From Archaeoglobus fulgidus DSM 4304 (lineage in GTDB: Archaea > Halobacteriota > Archaeoglobi > Archaeoglobales > Archaeoglobaceae), in assembly GCF_000008665.1 (NCBI RefSeq), contig NC_000917.1, positions 1,410,001 through 1,442,000 of the forward strand: DNA of 32,000 bases. Direction: 5' to 3'. The notes beneath the pieces are model-generated. The model did not search any database, was not told where the DNA came from, and was given only the letters and a program-made list of their open reading frames with translations. Numbering within the stretch: the first letter of the stretch is position 1; the number at the start of each line of letters is the position of its first letter. Shown piece after piece: positions 5,989-14,522 of the stretch. Made by a program: the position numbers and the translations under genes.

Positions 5989-6351
5989 ATGAAGAAAAAA
6001 CACGTTATCCTTCTAATCCTGATTTTGTTACCAGTGGTCTTCCTGCACATAATGCTGGCCACATGGGGACTCTCCATGTCCTTCTACGTCAAGAGGCTTT
6101 CCTCACCACCCCAGAACTACTTCGAAATCACCGAGGAGGACTTTCGGGAGATTCCAGAGCTGAAGAAGATATTCGAGGACTTGCGGAAGCTTGCTCCAGG
6201 GGAGAGCAGGAGCTACGAGCTTGATATCGATACCGGAAACAAGGTTCACAGCTATCTGACAGAAAAGCAGGCTGGAGTTGGTGAGTGTAGCTACACATAC
6301 TGCTTCAAATACGGTGATGCCTACTACGGAGCCCACATGGGGACGCCTTAG
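5989..6351 (+). CDS. hypothetical N-terminally anchored protein
   Basis: The track ORF starts at GTG 5956. ATG 5989 gives a classical anchor, MKKKHVILLILILLPVVFLHIMLATWG, and overlaps (ATGA) the stop of a 15-codon uORF that begins at the module ATG 5945. Confidence 0.7.
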   Translation: MKKKHVILLILILLPVVFLHIMLATWGLSMSFYVKRLSSPPQNYFEITEEDFREIPELKKIFEDLRKLAPGESRSYELDIDTGNKVHSYLTEKQAGVGECSYTYCFKYGDAYYGAHMGTP

Positions 6352-6428
6352 AGGAGGTGTAGGCGTGAGCCTTAAAGTTCTGATGGGTGGTAGCATGTCA
6401 TTGAGTCTGGTATTAAGGAGGTGTTAGG

Positions 6429-7631
6429 GTGAGTCGCAAATTGCTACTGGCACTGACATTCTTGGTTGTGTTGGGCATAGCAGTTGTAGTGATGGCAGCA
6501 ACCTATGAACTATTCCTCCTGTTCAACTCTTGGCTTGAAGGCAAACCCCTCGGAATTGTGAAAATAAGCGTCGAAACGCCAAAAGCAGACGGTATCTGCT
6601 TCATCGCAGTCCACCGCTTCTTCACGCCCATTAATCCGACAAAAGCGTGGAATCAAACCGACGTGATTTACAGGGGGAAGGTGAAGTGCGGCGAGAGTGT
6701 GGTTGTTAAGGACACAATCAGGTTAATGCAGGTCGGAGCGAGAGATGTGAACGGAGAAGTTATGCCGATATACGACTCTCCGGAGTATGCGGTTGTGGTG
6801 GTATCTAAATCCGGCGGATTTAACAGGATAATCCAGACTGACATCGTGAAGCCCATCACCGAGGTAAAAGTGAAGGCTGAGTTTGAAAGTGGAGAGTCCG
6901 CAAGGCCGGCTGAAGCTCCAAGCACGTCCAGAACCTGCAAAATCTCCAGTAATCCAGATGCATGCGTTCTTGACGTGAAGCTTGCTTACATCAACAGCAT
7001 TCCCGGGCTTAAGACGGCCTTCGGTCTTGAAGGAGTACGTCCTTCTGCCATGCACGTCGAGGGCTGGGGAAGCTCCTGCATTTCCTCCGAACCAGATACA
7101 GCTTGCCCACCATCCGCGTGGAGATCAGGCGGAAAAAAGCTGACGATTTCAAATGTAGGAGAGATAAGTGATTACGTCTCTGACGGACAGAGGGCTATCG
7201 TCTGGGGAGGTGTGGAATACCTGTATGAGAGACATGCAGTGTGGGATGATGAATTCGAGGCTTACTGGAAGTACGAGTTCTTCTATCCTAGGGCGATAGG
7301 GGGCCTGTCGACACCTCAGGTCGTTGGAAGCTACACCCCACCCCCCACCCCTCCCAGTTACGCTGCAGGTCCGCAAAATGGAAGTTGCGAGATAAACTTT
7401 GAAAAACCATATCCTTCCGACACCAAGCTGAATCTTACAGCTCAGGCTGTTTTGAACATCGGAGAGGTTTCCCTCAGCATCTCTATAAGTCCCTACCAGT
7501 CGGGCGACGACAGGCATCCCACTCCTTACCTGAGCATTGTGGACATCAGCGGAAAAGGCTATCCTTGGTACTACTGGTGGTACAAGAACAACGACAGAAT
7601 GACCTACGAGGTGGAGTTTTACGGTTCCTGA
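6429..7631 (+). CDS. hypothetical secreted/anchored protein with a Pro-rich linker and an aromatic-rich C-terminus
   Basis: 400-aa ORF with GTG 6429, 5 nt after GGAGGTG (6417-6423). Anchor: LLLALTFLVVLGIAVVVMAA. Contains TPPPTPPSY and ends YPWYYWWYKNNDRMTYEVEFYGS. Confidence 0.75.
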   Translation: MSRKLLLALTFLVVLGIAVVVMAATYELFLLFNSWLEGKPLGIVKISVETPKADGICFIAVHRFFTPINPTKAWNQTDVIYRGKVKCGESVVVKDTIRLMQVGARDVNGEVMPIYDSPEYAVVVVSKSGGFNRIIQTDIVKPITEVKVKAEFESGESARPAEAPSTSRTCKISSNPDACVLDVKLAYINSIPGLKTAFGLEGVRPSAMHVEGWGSSCISSEPDTACPPSAWRSGGKKLTISNVGEISDYVSDGQRAIVWGGVEYLYERHAVWDDEFEAYWKYEFFYPRAIGGLSTPQVVGSYTPPPTPPSYAAGPQNGSCEINFEKPYPSDTKLNLTAQAVLNIGEVSLSISISPYQSGDDRHPTPYLSIVDISGKGYPWYYWWYKNNDRMTYEVEFYGS

Positions 7632-7679
7632 GAGCAGATGATGGTGTTGATGGAGTAGAATCTAAAACAGGTGTTGAAA

Positions 7680-8303
7680 ATGAACGTTAAAAAAGCCCTC
7701 GTCATCTTAGTAGCATTGGCCTTGGTGGCTGCAGGCATTTATTTGTTAAAGAGGCCTGAGGAGGAGTTGAGGGTAAACACGGACTTGGAAAACGCAAAGC
7801 TCAGCGACTTCTGGAGTGCTGTTGTTAAAGCTGCAAATGTGCAAAACGAGACTGCCAACCTCGAATGGTTGCGCTTAAAGGTTGAGGATGGCAAGATACA
7901 CCTTCTCCACCTTGAATTCAACGGAAACGGCGTGGATGGAAGGAAAAGGGTGTATTTTGTCGATGTTGACTCAACTGGCAGGGTGAGAATTAACTCAGGA
8001 ACGGTTGAGCAGTCGATAAGCACGAGGCATCCCACAAAGGTATTCAGAGAACTCGACGCTCTTGGCCTTTACAGCATAGGAGGTAGCTACACTCTCAGCG
8101 TTGACTTCGAGTGGGGAGATATAGGGTTTGACAGCACAGTAACACCGCTTTACCTGCTTGAAAATGGTGAGCTGAAACCGCTGAGGGAAGTTGTGTTCCA
8201 CACCGACTGGCCAGTGTGCGAGATAGCTGTTTGCAAAAATGGCTGTGAGGTCTGGTTCATTCGGGAGGACCTGAGCAGGGCGAGCGAGGTCGTTTTTGGG
8301 TGA
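7680..8303 (+). CDS. hypothetical N-terminally anchored protein
   Basis: The track ORF starts at 7671. ATG 7680 lies 6 nt after AGGTG and gives MNVKKALVILVALALVAAGIYLL. No recognisable domain. Confidence 0.7.
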   Translation: MNVKKALVILVALALVAAGIYLLKRPEEELRVNTDLENAKLSDFWSAVVKAANVQNETANLEWLRLKVEDGKIHLLHLEFNGNGVDGRKRVYFVDVDSTGRVRINSGTVEQSISTRHPTKVFRELDALGLYSIGGSYTLSVDFEWGDIGFDSTVTPLYLLENGELKPLREVVFHTDWPVCEIAVCKNGCEVWFIREDLSRASEVVFG

Positions 8304-8408
8304 GGTTTAGGGATTTTTATTTAGCAGGAGGTGGCAACAGTCGCTGAAGGGAAGCTTAGAATTCGAGGTGATGAGATGAGAGCGAAGTGGATATAACTCC
8401 TGCTCTTT

Positions 8409-8627
8409 TTGAACACGCTGTCTTTTCTAACCGTAATTCTGGCCTTCCCGAACCTCTACATGGGCGAGATGGTCTTTGCTGGCCTCGTCATCCTCCTGAT
8501 GCACTTTGCTTGCGATGTGGCGTCATTGAAGCTGGCCATTGGCAATACTCGCTCTATCCTTGGGAGAATCTCTGCCCGTTCTCAGCCTATCGCTCCCTTT
8601 TCTTTTCCCAATCCTCGCCGCCATTAG
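8409..8627 (+). CDS. possible membrane-protein fragment (TTG start), apparently continuing in another frame (8539..8736)
   Basis: Hydrophobic LSFLTVILAFPNLYMGEMVFAGLVILLMHF in this frame. Hydrophobicity then switches to the 8539 frame (LAILALSLGESLPVLSLSLPFLFPILAAISSL). No clear SD. Confidence 0.3.
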   Translation: MNTLSFLTVILAFPNLYMGEMVFAGLVILLMHFACDVASLKLAIGNTRSILGRISARSQPIAPFSFPNPRRH

Positions 8628-8722
8628 CAGTTTAAAAAAGCTGAATCGGAAGGTTGTTGCGATGACAAACCTTCGACGGCAGCGATTGTGGACTGGCAGG
8701 GTCGCATTAAACGGGCATTCGC

Positions 8723-9163
8723 ATGGCTTACTATAACCACCAAAACAGAATTTTAGCCCGGGGACAGATTTGGAATTTGATTGGAGAGACCGAAGGTCTG
8801 GATTCTGGCCGAAGACATCCCGCTTGTGCTATTACAATCTCGAACTACACACTACTGTTGGCGCGCATCTTATGGGAGGAGCTTCCATTCCTAAGTCATG
8901 AGCAATGCTTCCACACCGATATTTTTATATGCAGTGTGACATCAAAGCATATATCGGTTGAGAGGATGAAAGAGGAAACAGTCAAGGCCATAGAGATGGT
9001 AGGAAAAGTGCTTATCCTTGTCCCTTTGCTGGCCAGCTTGGTTCTTCTTCTATACTTCAACATAACAGGCAGCTCTGCTGAGATTGGCTGCGGTTTCTGT
9101 CTCGGGACTGTTATACTGGCAGGCATCGTTCTGGTTGGATATAGCGTAGTTCGGAGCAGGTAG
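8723..9163 (+). CDS. hypothetical ORF; only the C-terminal ~65 aa (from ATG 8966) look like a real two-helix membrane protein
   Basis: The C-terminus [65 protein letters not shown] is membrane-like. The N-terminal 80 aa have unconvincing composition. Confidence 0.35.
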
Positions 9164-9167
9164 TTAC

Positions 9168-9401
9168 ATGATATTCCTGATTATCTCAGTTCCTTTCGGG
9201 ATTTACTCTCTCGTCATTTACAACCTTACAAGGAGAGCGCCGGGAAAAATGAGATACCTCATCCCCCCTTTGCTGACAGCAACACTCCCGGCATTGTATC
9301 TACCCCTGACAGGCTTTAAGGTCAGCTATGATCTGCTGCCCGTTGTTGGATACCTAACATATTCGCAGTTTTTGCTACTCCTGCTGCAGCTTCAACGATA
9401 A
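9168..9401 (+). CDS. small hydrophobic protein; possibly frameshifted (the +1 frame stays open and protein-like to ~9575)
   Basis: [20 protein letters not shown]..., ATG 4 nt after the previous stop. From ~9350 the alternative frame reads [42 protein letters not shown]... Confidence 0.4.
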
Positions 9402-9560
9402 TACTCGCTCCACTAATTGACAGGCTCGGAGAAGGCTTTCAGGTAACGAAAATTACCATTCTAAGGGACCCGTATCTGAACTGCCTCAGCTCTTCACGAT
9501 CTCTTCGCTGGTTTACGTTACTTTCTACGGCATGCAAAAGCTTAGAAATGGAGGTGGAGC

Positions 9561-10154
9561 ATGAGAGATAAATTGAACCTCCTAATATTTTTCATCGCAG
9601 CTCTCCTTATTGCCTTGGGGCTGAGATTCACGCCCACCATATCCTTTGCTGGCTTAATTTTGCTGCTTGCAGTTGTTCCAGCCTTGATGCTAAGATTTAG
9701 AGATTTTTTCTCTAGAGAAGCAGTAATTGCAGGAATCTTTGTTCTGGGGCTGGCTTTAAACGCACTCATCGGCGTTGCTCTGGCTTACACCAAAAGCATG
9801 GAGTTTGGAATGTCCCTCCTCTCTCTGCTCCCGCTTACCCTTGTGCTAACCGCGAACGTCTTTGCCACCTCCTTGGTGATAAGGATTGATGCCAGCGGGA
9901 AGGAGGTTTTTGCCTTCTACTTCTGGTTCTTGATTTCAGTAGGGCTGGCCTTTCTTTTCCTGCTTCCCACAGGAGGGAGTGCAGAAATTTCGCCTCGTGG
10001 AGCAGGCTGGTTCAGGTTTGTTGAGTTTCCGATTCTTTACTCTGAGTTGGCTCTGATACCCTCTGCTTTCTGCTTGGTTTTCCAGCGTGTCAGGACTTTC
10101 TTGTTTTTCTCCCCCTTCCCGTTGTTCTTGGATATGTCATGGAGTTCACTTTAA
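9561..10154 (+). CDS. polytopic membrane protein, function unknown
   Basis: 197-aa ORF preceded by GGAGGTGGAGC-ATG. Hydrophobic helices throughout (LLIFFIAALLIALGL, AGLILLLAVVPALML, VFAFYFWFLISVGLAFLFLL). Confidence 0.7.
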   Translation: MRDKLNLLIFFIAALLIALGLRFTPTISFAGLILLLAVVPALMLRFRDFFSREAVIAGIFVLGLALNALIGVALAYTKSMEFGMSLLSLLPLTLVLTANVFATSLVIRIDASGKEVFAFYFWFLISVGLAFLFLLPTGGSAEISPRGAGWFRFVEFPILYSELALIPSAFCLVFQRVRTFLFFSPFPLFLDMSWSSL

Positions 10155-10444
10155 CACAGCTGTGAGTTGAGGTTTAGAGAGCTTAACAGTAAAGTTTTCG
10201 GTGGGTTGGGCACACTCGTCCTGATAGATGAAGCTTCTAAGTCCCCTCTGCCTACTTATCCTAACTTACAAGTATCCGCAGCAGTTGGGGGCTATCATCG
10301 GGCACTCTCGGGCAAGTCCCCAACGGTCCCCTCCCAACGAACCCTTAATTCGACATGAGTTAACGAAACTGGCTGAAAACTTAATTTTTGCTATCTCATC
10401 TCAGATACTTTAGGCCATAAGCAGAAACCAGCGCCCAGTCAAAA

Positions 10445-10945
10445 TCATTCGGCCTCAAGGTAGCCCTTCAAAGCCTCCTTAATCTTCTCAGGCTCTGCAG
10501 AATCCAGGCCGAAGTAGGTGGCAAACTCCTCGGTTGTTGTGAGAATCGTGGACCTCCCCTTCTTCTCCGCCTTAACAAGTCCTCTCTCCTGCAGCTTCTT
10601 CACATGCTCGTAGCACTTGTTTCCCCTGATTTTTGCCACCTTGGCCAGAGTTATGGGCTGCTTTAACGCTATAACTGCGAGTGTTCTGAGAGTTCCCCTG
10701 TCGAACTCCCTGACGGTGAACCTCTCAACGTATTCGGCATATTGAGGCTTAACTCTCATCAAATACTTCTCTCCAACCTTTATTATCTCGATTGACGTGT
10801 CACGGGATTCATAATCTTTAATGAGCTCGCCAATTGCGTTGAGAATCTCAACCTTATCCTTTCCTGTTATCTTTCTCAACTCTCTAGCATCTACAGGTTC
10901 GGATGAGGAGAAGAGGATGGCCTCTACGATTTTTTTCAGTTCCAT
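10445..10945 (-). CDS. scpB: segregation and condensation protein B (ScpB), winged-helix kleisin partner
   Basis: 166 aa. Has the N-terminal EAILFSSSEPV motif typical of ScpB, two winged-helix-like halves, and RSTILTTTEEFATYFGL near the C-terminus. Confidence 0.75.
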   Translation of the reverse strand: MELKKIVEAILFSSSEPVDARELRKITGKDKVEILNAIGELIKDYESRDTSIEIIKVGEKYLMRVKPQYAEYVERFTVREFDRGTLRTLAVIALKQPITLAKVAKIRGNKCYEHVKKLQERGLVKAEKKGRSTILTTTEEFATYFGLDSAEPEKIKEALKGYLEAE

Positions 10946-10988
10946 AAATCTATTGGAATTCTTTTATTTTTAAATCTTAGCTCGATTT

Positions 10989-11366
10989 TTGCTTGCCTCT
11001 GATGTTTTGAGATACCACATATCCAAAGGGGGCGTAGGAGAAGTTGTGGAAGGTAAGGGGTTCAGACACACAGTTAAGGCAAAAACGGTCGTGCTTTATG
11101 GAAAGCTGGAGTGCAACGTTAGGGGTTTAGTTTACGAGCTGGGGTGGAGAGATTCAATGCTTCATTCTTCAGCTATTCCTCATAAAGTCAGGAATGTTGG
11201 AAAAGAGAAGGCTATTTACCTGACTGTATGCTCTCCACCGGGTGGTGTGATGGGAAGTGAGCCTTTGAGTTATTTTCAGCTACAGGAGTCAGGTTGTGGG
11301 CTTGTTGAGAGGTTTAAGGGGTTTAAGCCCAGTGATGTTTGTGATTTAGAAACGTTAGATCGGTAA
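10989..11366 (+). CDS. cupin-fold protein (degenerate metal-binding motif)
   Basis: TTG start. ...VVLYGKLECNVRG...LHSSAIPHKVRNVGKEKAIYLTVCSP fits cupin motif 2 (P-x-G/x-x-H-x3-N-x-G). Motif 1 retains only one His (FRHTVKAKT). Confidence 0.5.
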   Translation: MLASDVLRYHISKGGVGEVVEGKGFRHTVKAKTVVLYGKLECNVRGLVYELGWRDSMLHSSAIPHKVRNVGKEKAIYLTVCSPPGGVMGSEPLSYFQLQESGCGLVERFKGFKPSDVCDLETLDR

Positions 11367-11399
11367 AATTGTGTTCTTTTGGTTGTTGCGACATTTGGC

Positions 11400-11801
11400 A
11401 TGAAGTACGCTAAACCCTATCAAAAAGATTACAGAAAGCCAGAGAGTGCTGAAGAGGAGTTTAAAACGCACGTCACTTCGTGACGGCGCTCTGTTCTTCG
11501 CAGTGTGAAACTTAAGTGAGGCTGAAATTTGTCAATTGGACGTAATAGAATTCATCGATGAGATGGCAGTCGAAGCTAATGCAAATACAGCAAGATTATG
11601 GAGCTTTGGAAAGCCCATTAAAAGGGCTAAAGCTAAGGTTTCAGGGTTTCACAGCATAAACGGAGAAAGCGTGGTAGAATTTCCCGAGAGCAATAAGGCT
11701 GAAGACTTCATATTTTTCTCAGGAAGATAAGAGAGGAAAATCCTGATAAAGGGAACATAATCGTTCTCGATAATTTCAGAACACATCACGCCAAATCATA
11801 A
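11400..11801 (+). pseudogene. Remnant of an IS630/Tc1-type (DDE_3) transposase gene: frameshifted and truncated at both ends
   Basis: Three frames together read MKYAKPYQKDYRKPESAEEEFK / ...VIEFIDEMAVEANANTARLWSFGKPIKRAKAKVSGFHSINGESVVEFPESNKAEDFIFF / RKIREENPDKGNIIVLDNFRTHHAKS*. This gives the first (F-I-D-E) and second (V-L-D-N) acidic motifs of a DDE_3 domain. The N-terminal HTH and the third catalytic region are missing. Confidence 0.6.
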
Positions 11802-11805
11802 AACG

Positions 11806-12199
11806 TCAAATCCACTGGCCCATGTATGCAAAAAGCCCCGGATTTGAAAGAATGCCTGCAACGATTCCCGTCAGAGTTGCGGTTCTGAGGTCTGATTTCT
11901 TCACAAGCTTCAAAATGAAGGCAGTGTAGGGGGCCATCAGGATGAAGGAAACAAGAAACAGCGCCAGAACGTGAGATAGATTCAGTGAAAGAGTCGATAA
12001 AGAGCCCACCGACAGTAATCAGAAAGACAGCAGGAAGAAAGGCCCTTCCAAGACTCTGCCGCATTACCTTCAGCACAGGGTCGGCCATTGCAGGCTTTAT
12101 AGCAAGCAGAAGTGGCAGGAACTTGCTTTTCCGAACCATGATTGCTGTTGATACAGGACACATTAAAACTATGCTTTGAACAAAGCTCCATATCCCCAC
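11806..12199 (-). pseudogene. possible frameshifted membrane/permease fragment
   Basis: Hydrophobic reading begins in track ORF 11786..12199 (MGIWSFVQSIVLM...FLPLLLAIKPAMADPVLKVMRQSLGRAFLPAVFLITVGGLF). It continues in ORF 11806..12009 (LNLSHVLALFLVSFILMAPYTAFILKLVKK...TLTGIVAGILSNPGLFAY). It abuts the transposase remnant. Confidence 0.3.
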
Positions 12200-12223
12200 G
12201 ACTAACCAGAGCCCATTTTTTCA

Positions 12224-13396
12224 CTAAGCGGGAACATAGACAACTTCACAATTTTCAACTATTTTTCTCACGCCATACACGCCCTTGAAAAGTTCTCCAT
12301 TCAGAAAATACTCCTGCAATGCTGACAGGTATTTTTTGTCAACAGGGAAGTTCATGGCGAATTGCAAAGCGTCTTTAAGCCTCAATCTGCCTTTTTCGTG
12401 TGTAAGTTTCCAGTAGTCAAGCAAAATAGGATATCGCAGCCTGTAGGCACCTGATATCACCGCCGTATTGAACTGCGGATTGTTGAATGCCCAGTAACCT
12501 ATACCATATTTTTTACACAGCTCAGAGACTTTTTTCTCCAGTTTATAGTGCTCTTTTTCAGATGTGGTTATTCTTGCTCCAAGCTTTCGTCCACTTTCAA
12601 AATACCTCTTTTCGTATAGGGGTATCAGAGAGGAATACCTTTCGCTTGATTTAAACACCTTTTTGAGTCTGTTCCATATAAATCCAGATATCTCAAGGGG
12701 CGCCATTATTACATTTCCAACTCCTGCTTCAGCAGCGTCCCTTATTATTCTCTCTACGTCTTCATCTGTTACGAAGGGAAAGTAAGGAGTTATGTGGAGG
12801 TAGGTATCAACTCCAATTTCAGACAGCCTCTGCAACGTAAGAATTCTTTCTTTCTGCCTAATCGGGGAACGCACAAACTTGCTTCTTGGAACAAGTGGCT
12901 CCACGAGTCTCGTAAACTCATTATCGTAGGAGGTGACTGTCATGCCAACTCCTATAAGCTCTCTTTCAGCCAATTTCTCAATAATATCTATATCATTCAG
13001 TATTAAGGGCGATTTTGTTTCTATAAAACACGGAAAGTCGTGCTTGTAACATATTTCAAGCAATTTTCTGGTTAATCTGTAATTCGTCTCAACTGGCTGA
13101 TACGTGTCTGAAATGTTACCAATTACAATAACGCTCTTCCTTTTTCTTTGCTCATACTTAGCTATCTCCTTCTCGAAAATCTCAGGAGCATTCTTTTTCA
13201 CATAAATCTCCTTTGAAAAAAGGTTTGGACTCGAACGCATGTAGTAGTGAGTGCAGGCAGCATAGCAGTACACGCAACCATGAGAGCAGCCACGATAAAT
13301 GTTTGCAGTCAATCTGAACGGCAGATACCTCATGGAAAAGAATCCGTCTCTCATCCTGCTTATTATGGACTTAGCTCTTGTTTCAACTATCTTCAC
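12224..13396 (-). CDS. radical SAM protein, COG1533 / SplB-like ('DNA repair photolyase' family)
   Basis: 390 aa. CxxxCxxC cluster motif in YRGCSHGCVYCYA near the N-terminus. Paralogous in layout to 17658..18425. Confidence 0.8.
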   Translation of the reverse strand: MKIVETRAKSIISRMRDGFFSMRYLPFRLTANIYRGCSHGCVYCYAACTHYYMRSSPNLFSKEIYVKKNAPEIFEKEIAKYEQRKRKSVIVIGNISDTYQPVETNYRLTRKLLEICYKHDFPCFIETKSPLILNDIDIIEKLAERELIGVGMTVTSYDNEFTRLVEPLVPRSKFVRSPIRQKERILTLQRLSEIGVDTYLHITPYFPFVTDEDVERIIRDAAEAGVGNVIMAPLEISGFIWNRLKKVFKSSERYSSLIPLYEKRYFESGRKLGARITTSEKEHYKLEKKVSELCKKYGIGYWAFNNPQFNTAVISGAYRLRYPILLDYWKLTHEKGRLRLKDALQFAMNFPVDKKYLSALQEYFLNGELFKGVYGVRKIVENCEVVYVPA

Positions 13397-13466
13397 GCTA
13401 CCACTCTTAGATGTTTATGTAATCGCAGAACATAATTCTAATGGTCCGCTATCGTCAGCTAACCGC

Positions 13467-13907
13467 TCATACAACTCCCCTCAGGAAAAGCATAAAGACA
13501 CTCAAAATCGTGAAGGTAATGGCCACCACCAGAATCCACTTGAGGAAAAATCTTAAGCTGAAATCTGCCTCAGCTTCGAGCCTGAAAACCCTCGCAAGAG
13601 CAAGAAGCATGGCGGCCACAACTGCAAAAAGTCCAAGACTTTTTAGCTTTGGAACAATCACTTCACTTCCAGAAAAGAAATAGGCGAGGAAAATGGCTGT
13701 TAAGGCGGAAATCAGCATTACAGCAAGCATCTCCTTAAATCCGGGCTTCTTACTCCGCCCTAAAATGATGTAAACGCCAAAGGCGACTATCATAATCGCT
13801 CCAACATAAACAAAGCTCATAAAGTCTGCAAGTCCGTAAAGGGCGAAGCTGGGGGCAGCGTAAAGAATCAGCATGGTTAGTAGGACCATTGCACCTCTTC
13901 TCACCAT
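13467..13907 (-). CDS. hypothetical polytopic membrane protein
   Basis: 146 aa, almost entirely hydrophobic helices (MVLLTMLILYAAPSFALYGLADFMSFVYVGAIMIVAFGVYIIL...). Confidence 0.7.
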   Translation of the reverse strand: MVRRGAMVLLTMLILYAAPSFALYGLADFMSFVYVGAIMIVAFGVYIILGRSKKPGFKEMLAVMLISALTAIFLAYFFSGSEVIVPKLKSLGLFAVVAAMLLALARVFRLEAEADFSLRFFLKWILVVAITFTILSVFMLFLRGVV

Positions 13908-14183
13908 ATTTAGTTTACCATAAAAATTTTTGCCCTATCTCACCATACCTCGAATCTCACTTTCACCATAAAACCCTTTTCTACCAACTCGGCGGATCAG
14001 CAAGGTCAGAATTTGAGAAAGATGCTGACAGGAGCAGAAATATCTGCAGAGCTTGACGCAGTAAATCTTTACGAATTTTAAACTGTTTAGAGTCCCCTTG
14101 AGAGTGGAAGCACGAATGGCTCTGATGAATAGAAGGTTAGAAAATGACGTAAGTGTTTTATATTTTAGTTCAAATCTACCTTT

Positions 14184-14522
14184 ATGGAGTTCTTAAAAAA
14201 TAAAGCCCTTAGATTCTACTCAAAAGCCCTTGAAAGTTTCGATAAAGGTGAATACGACTTCACGATGTTCTTCGTCGAGCAGACGGTTCAACTCGCCATA
14301 AAATATTTAATCGCCCGAAGATTTGGCGAAATACCTAAGACCCACAACCTTCGCATTCTGTTTGAGATTGCAGAGCAGGAAGAATTTTACAGGAACAACT
14401 TGGACGTTTTAAGGGAAATTGAACTTGCCTACACAGCATCGAGATACTTCGACGTTGAATACTCCAAGGAAATTGCGGAGAAAAGTCTATCTGTCGCCAA
14501 AAAAGTGATTGACCTGCTATGA
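14184..14522 (+). CDS. HEPN domain protein (toxin partner of a HEPN/MNT module)
   Basis: 112 aa. Motifs AIKYLIARRFGEIPKTHNLRILF and ...AYTASRYFDVEY fit the HEPN (PF05168-type) pattern. ATGA overlap with the downstream nucleotidyltransferase gene. Confidence 0.8.
   Translation: MEFLKNKALRFYSKALESFDKGEYDFTMFFVEQTVQLAIKYLIARRFGEIPKTHNLRILFEIAEQEEFYRNNLDVLREIELAYTASRYFDVEYSKEIAEKSLSVAKKVIDLL

Noticed and set aside
6668-7517. Minus-strand ORFs 6668..6940, 6723..7055 and 7149..7517
   Set aside because: They lie inside and antisense to the 400-aa plus-strand gene, which has an SD and an N-terminal anchor. They have no start context.
8368-8374. GTGATGA (C-box-like) and other TGATGA strings in intergenic regions (8368, 14113) as C/D-box sRNA candidates
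   Set aside because: There are no correctly spaced D' / C' / D (CTGA) boxes or terminal stem within the 50-70 nt that follow.
8387-8635. 82-aa ORF in the third frame of the 8.4-8.7 kb region
   Set aside because: It is non-hydrophobic with Arg/Pro/Cys-rich composition. It overlaps the two frames that carry TM-like sequence, so it is probably a non-coding frame.
10155-10444. Possible structured RNA or tRNA in the 290-nt gap before scpB (7-bp inverted repeat GTTGGGG…CCCCAAC; track ORFs 10167..10358 and 10228..10413)
   Set aside because: There is no cloverleaf and no recognisable RNase P, SRP or C/D-box motifs. The ORFs have poor composition and no SD. It was left unannotated.
11982-12224. 80-aa minus-strand ORF immediately downstream of the radical SAM gene
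   Set aside because: It is Cys/Ser/Asn-rich with odd composition. The hydrophobic, protein-like signal in this interval lies in the other two frames.
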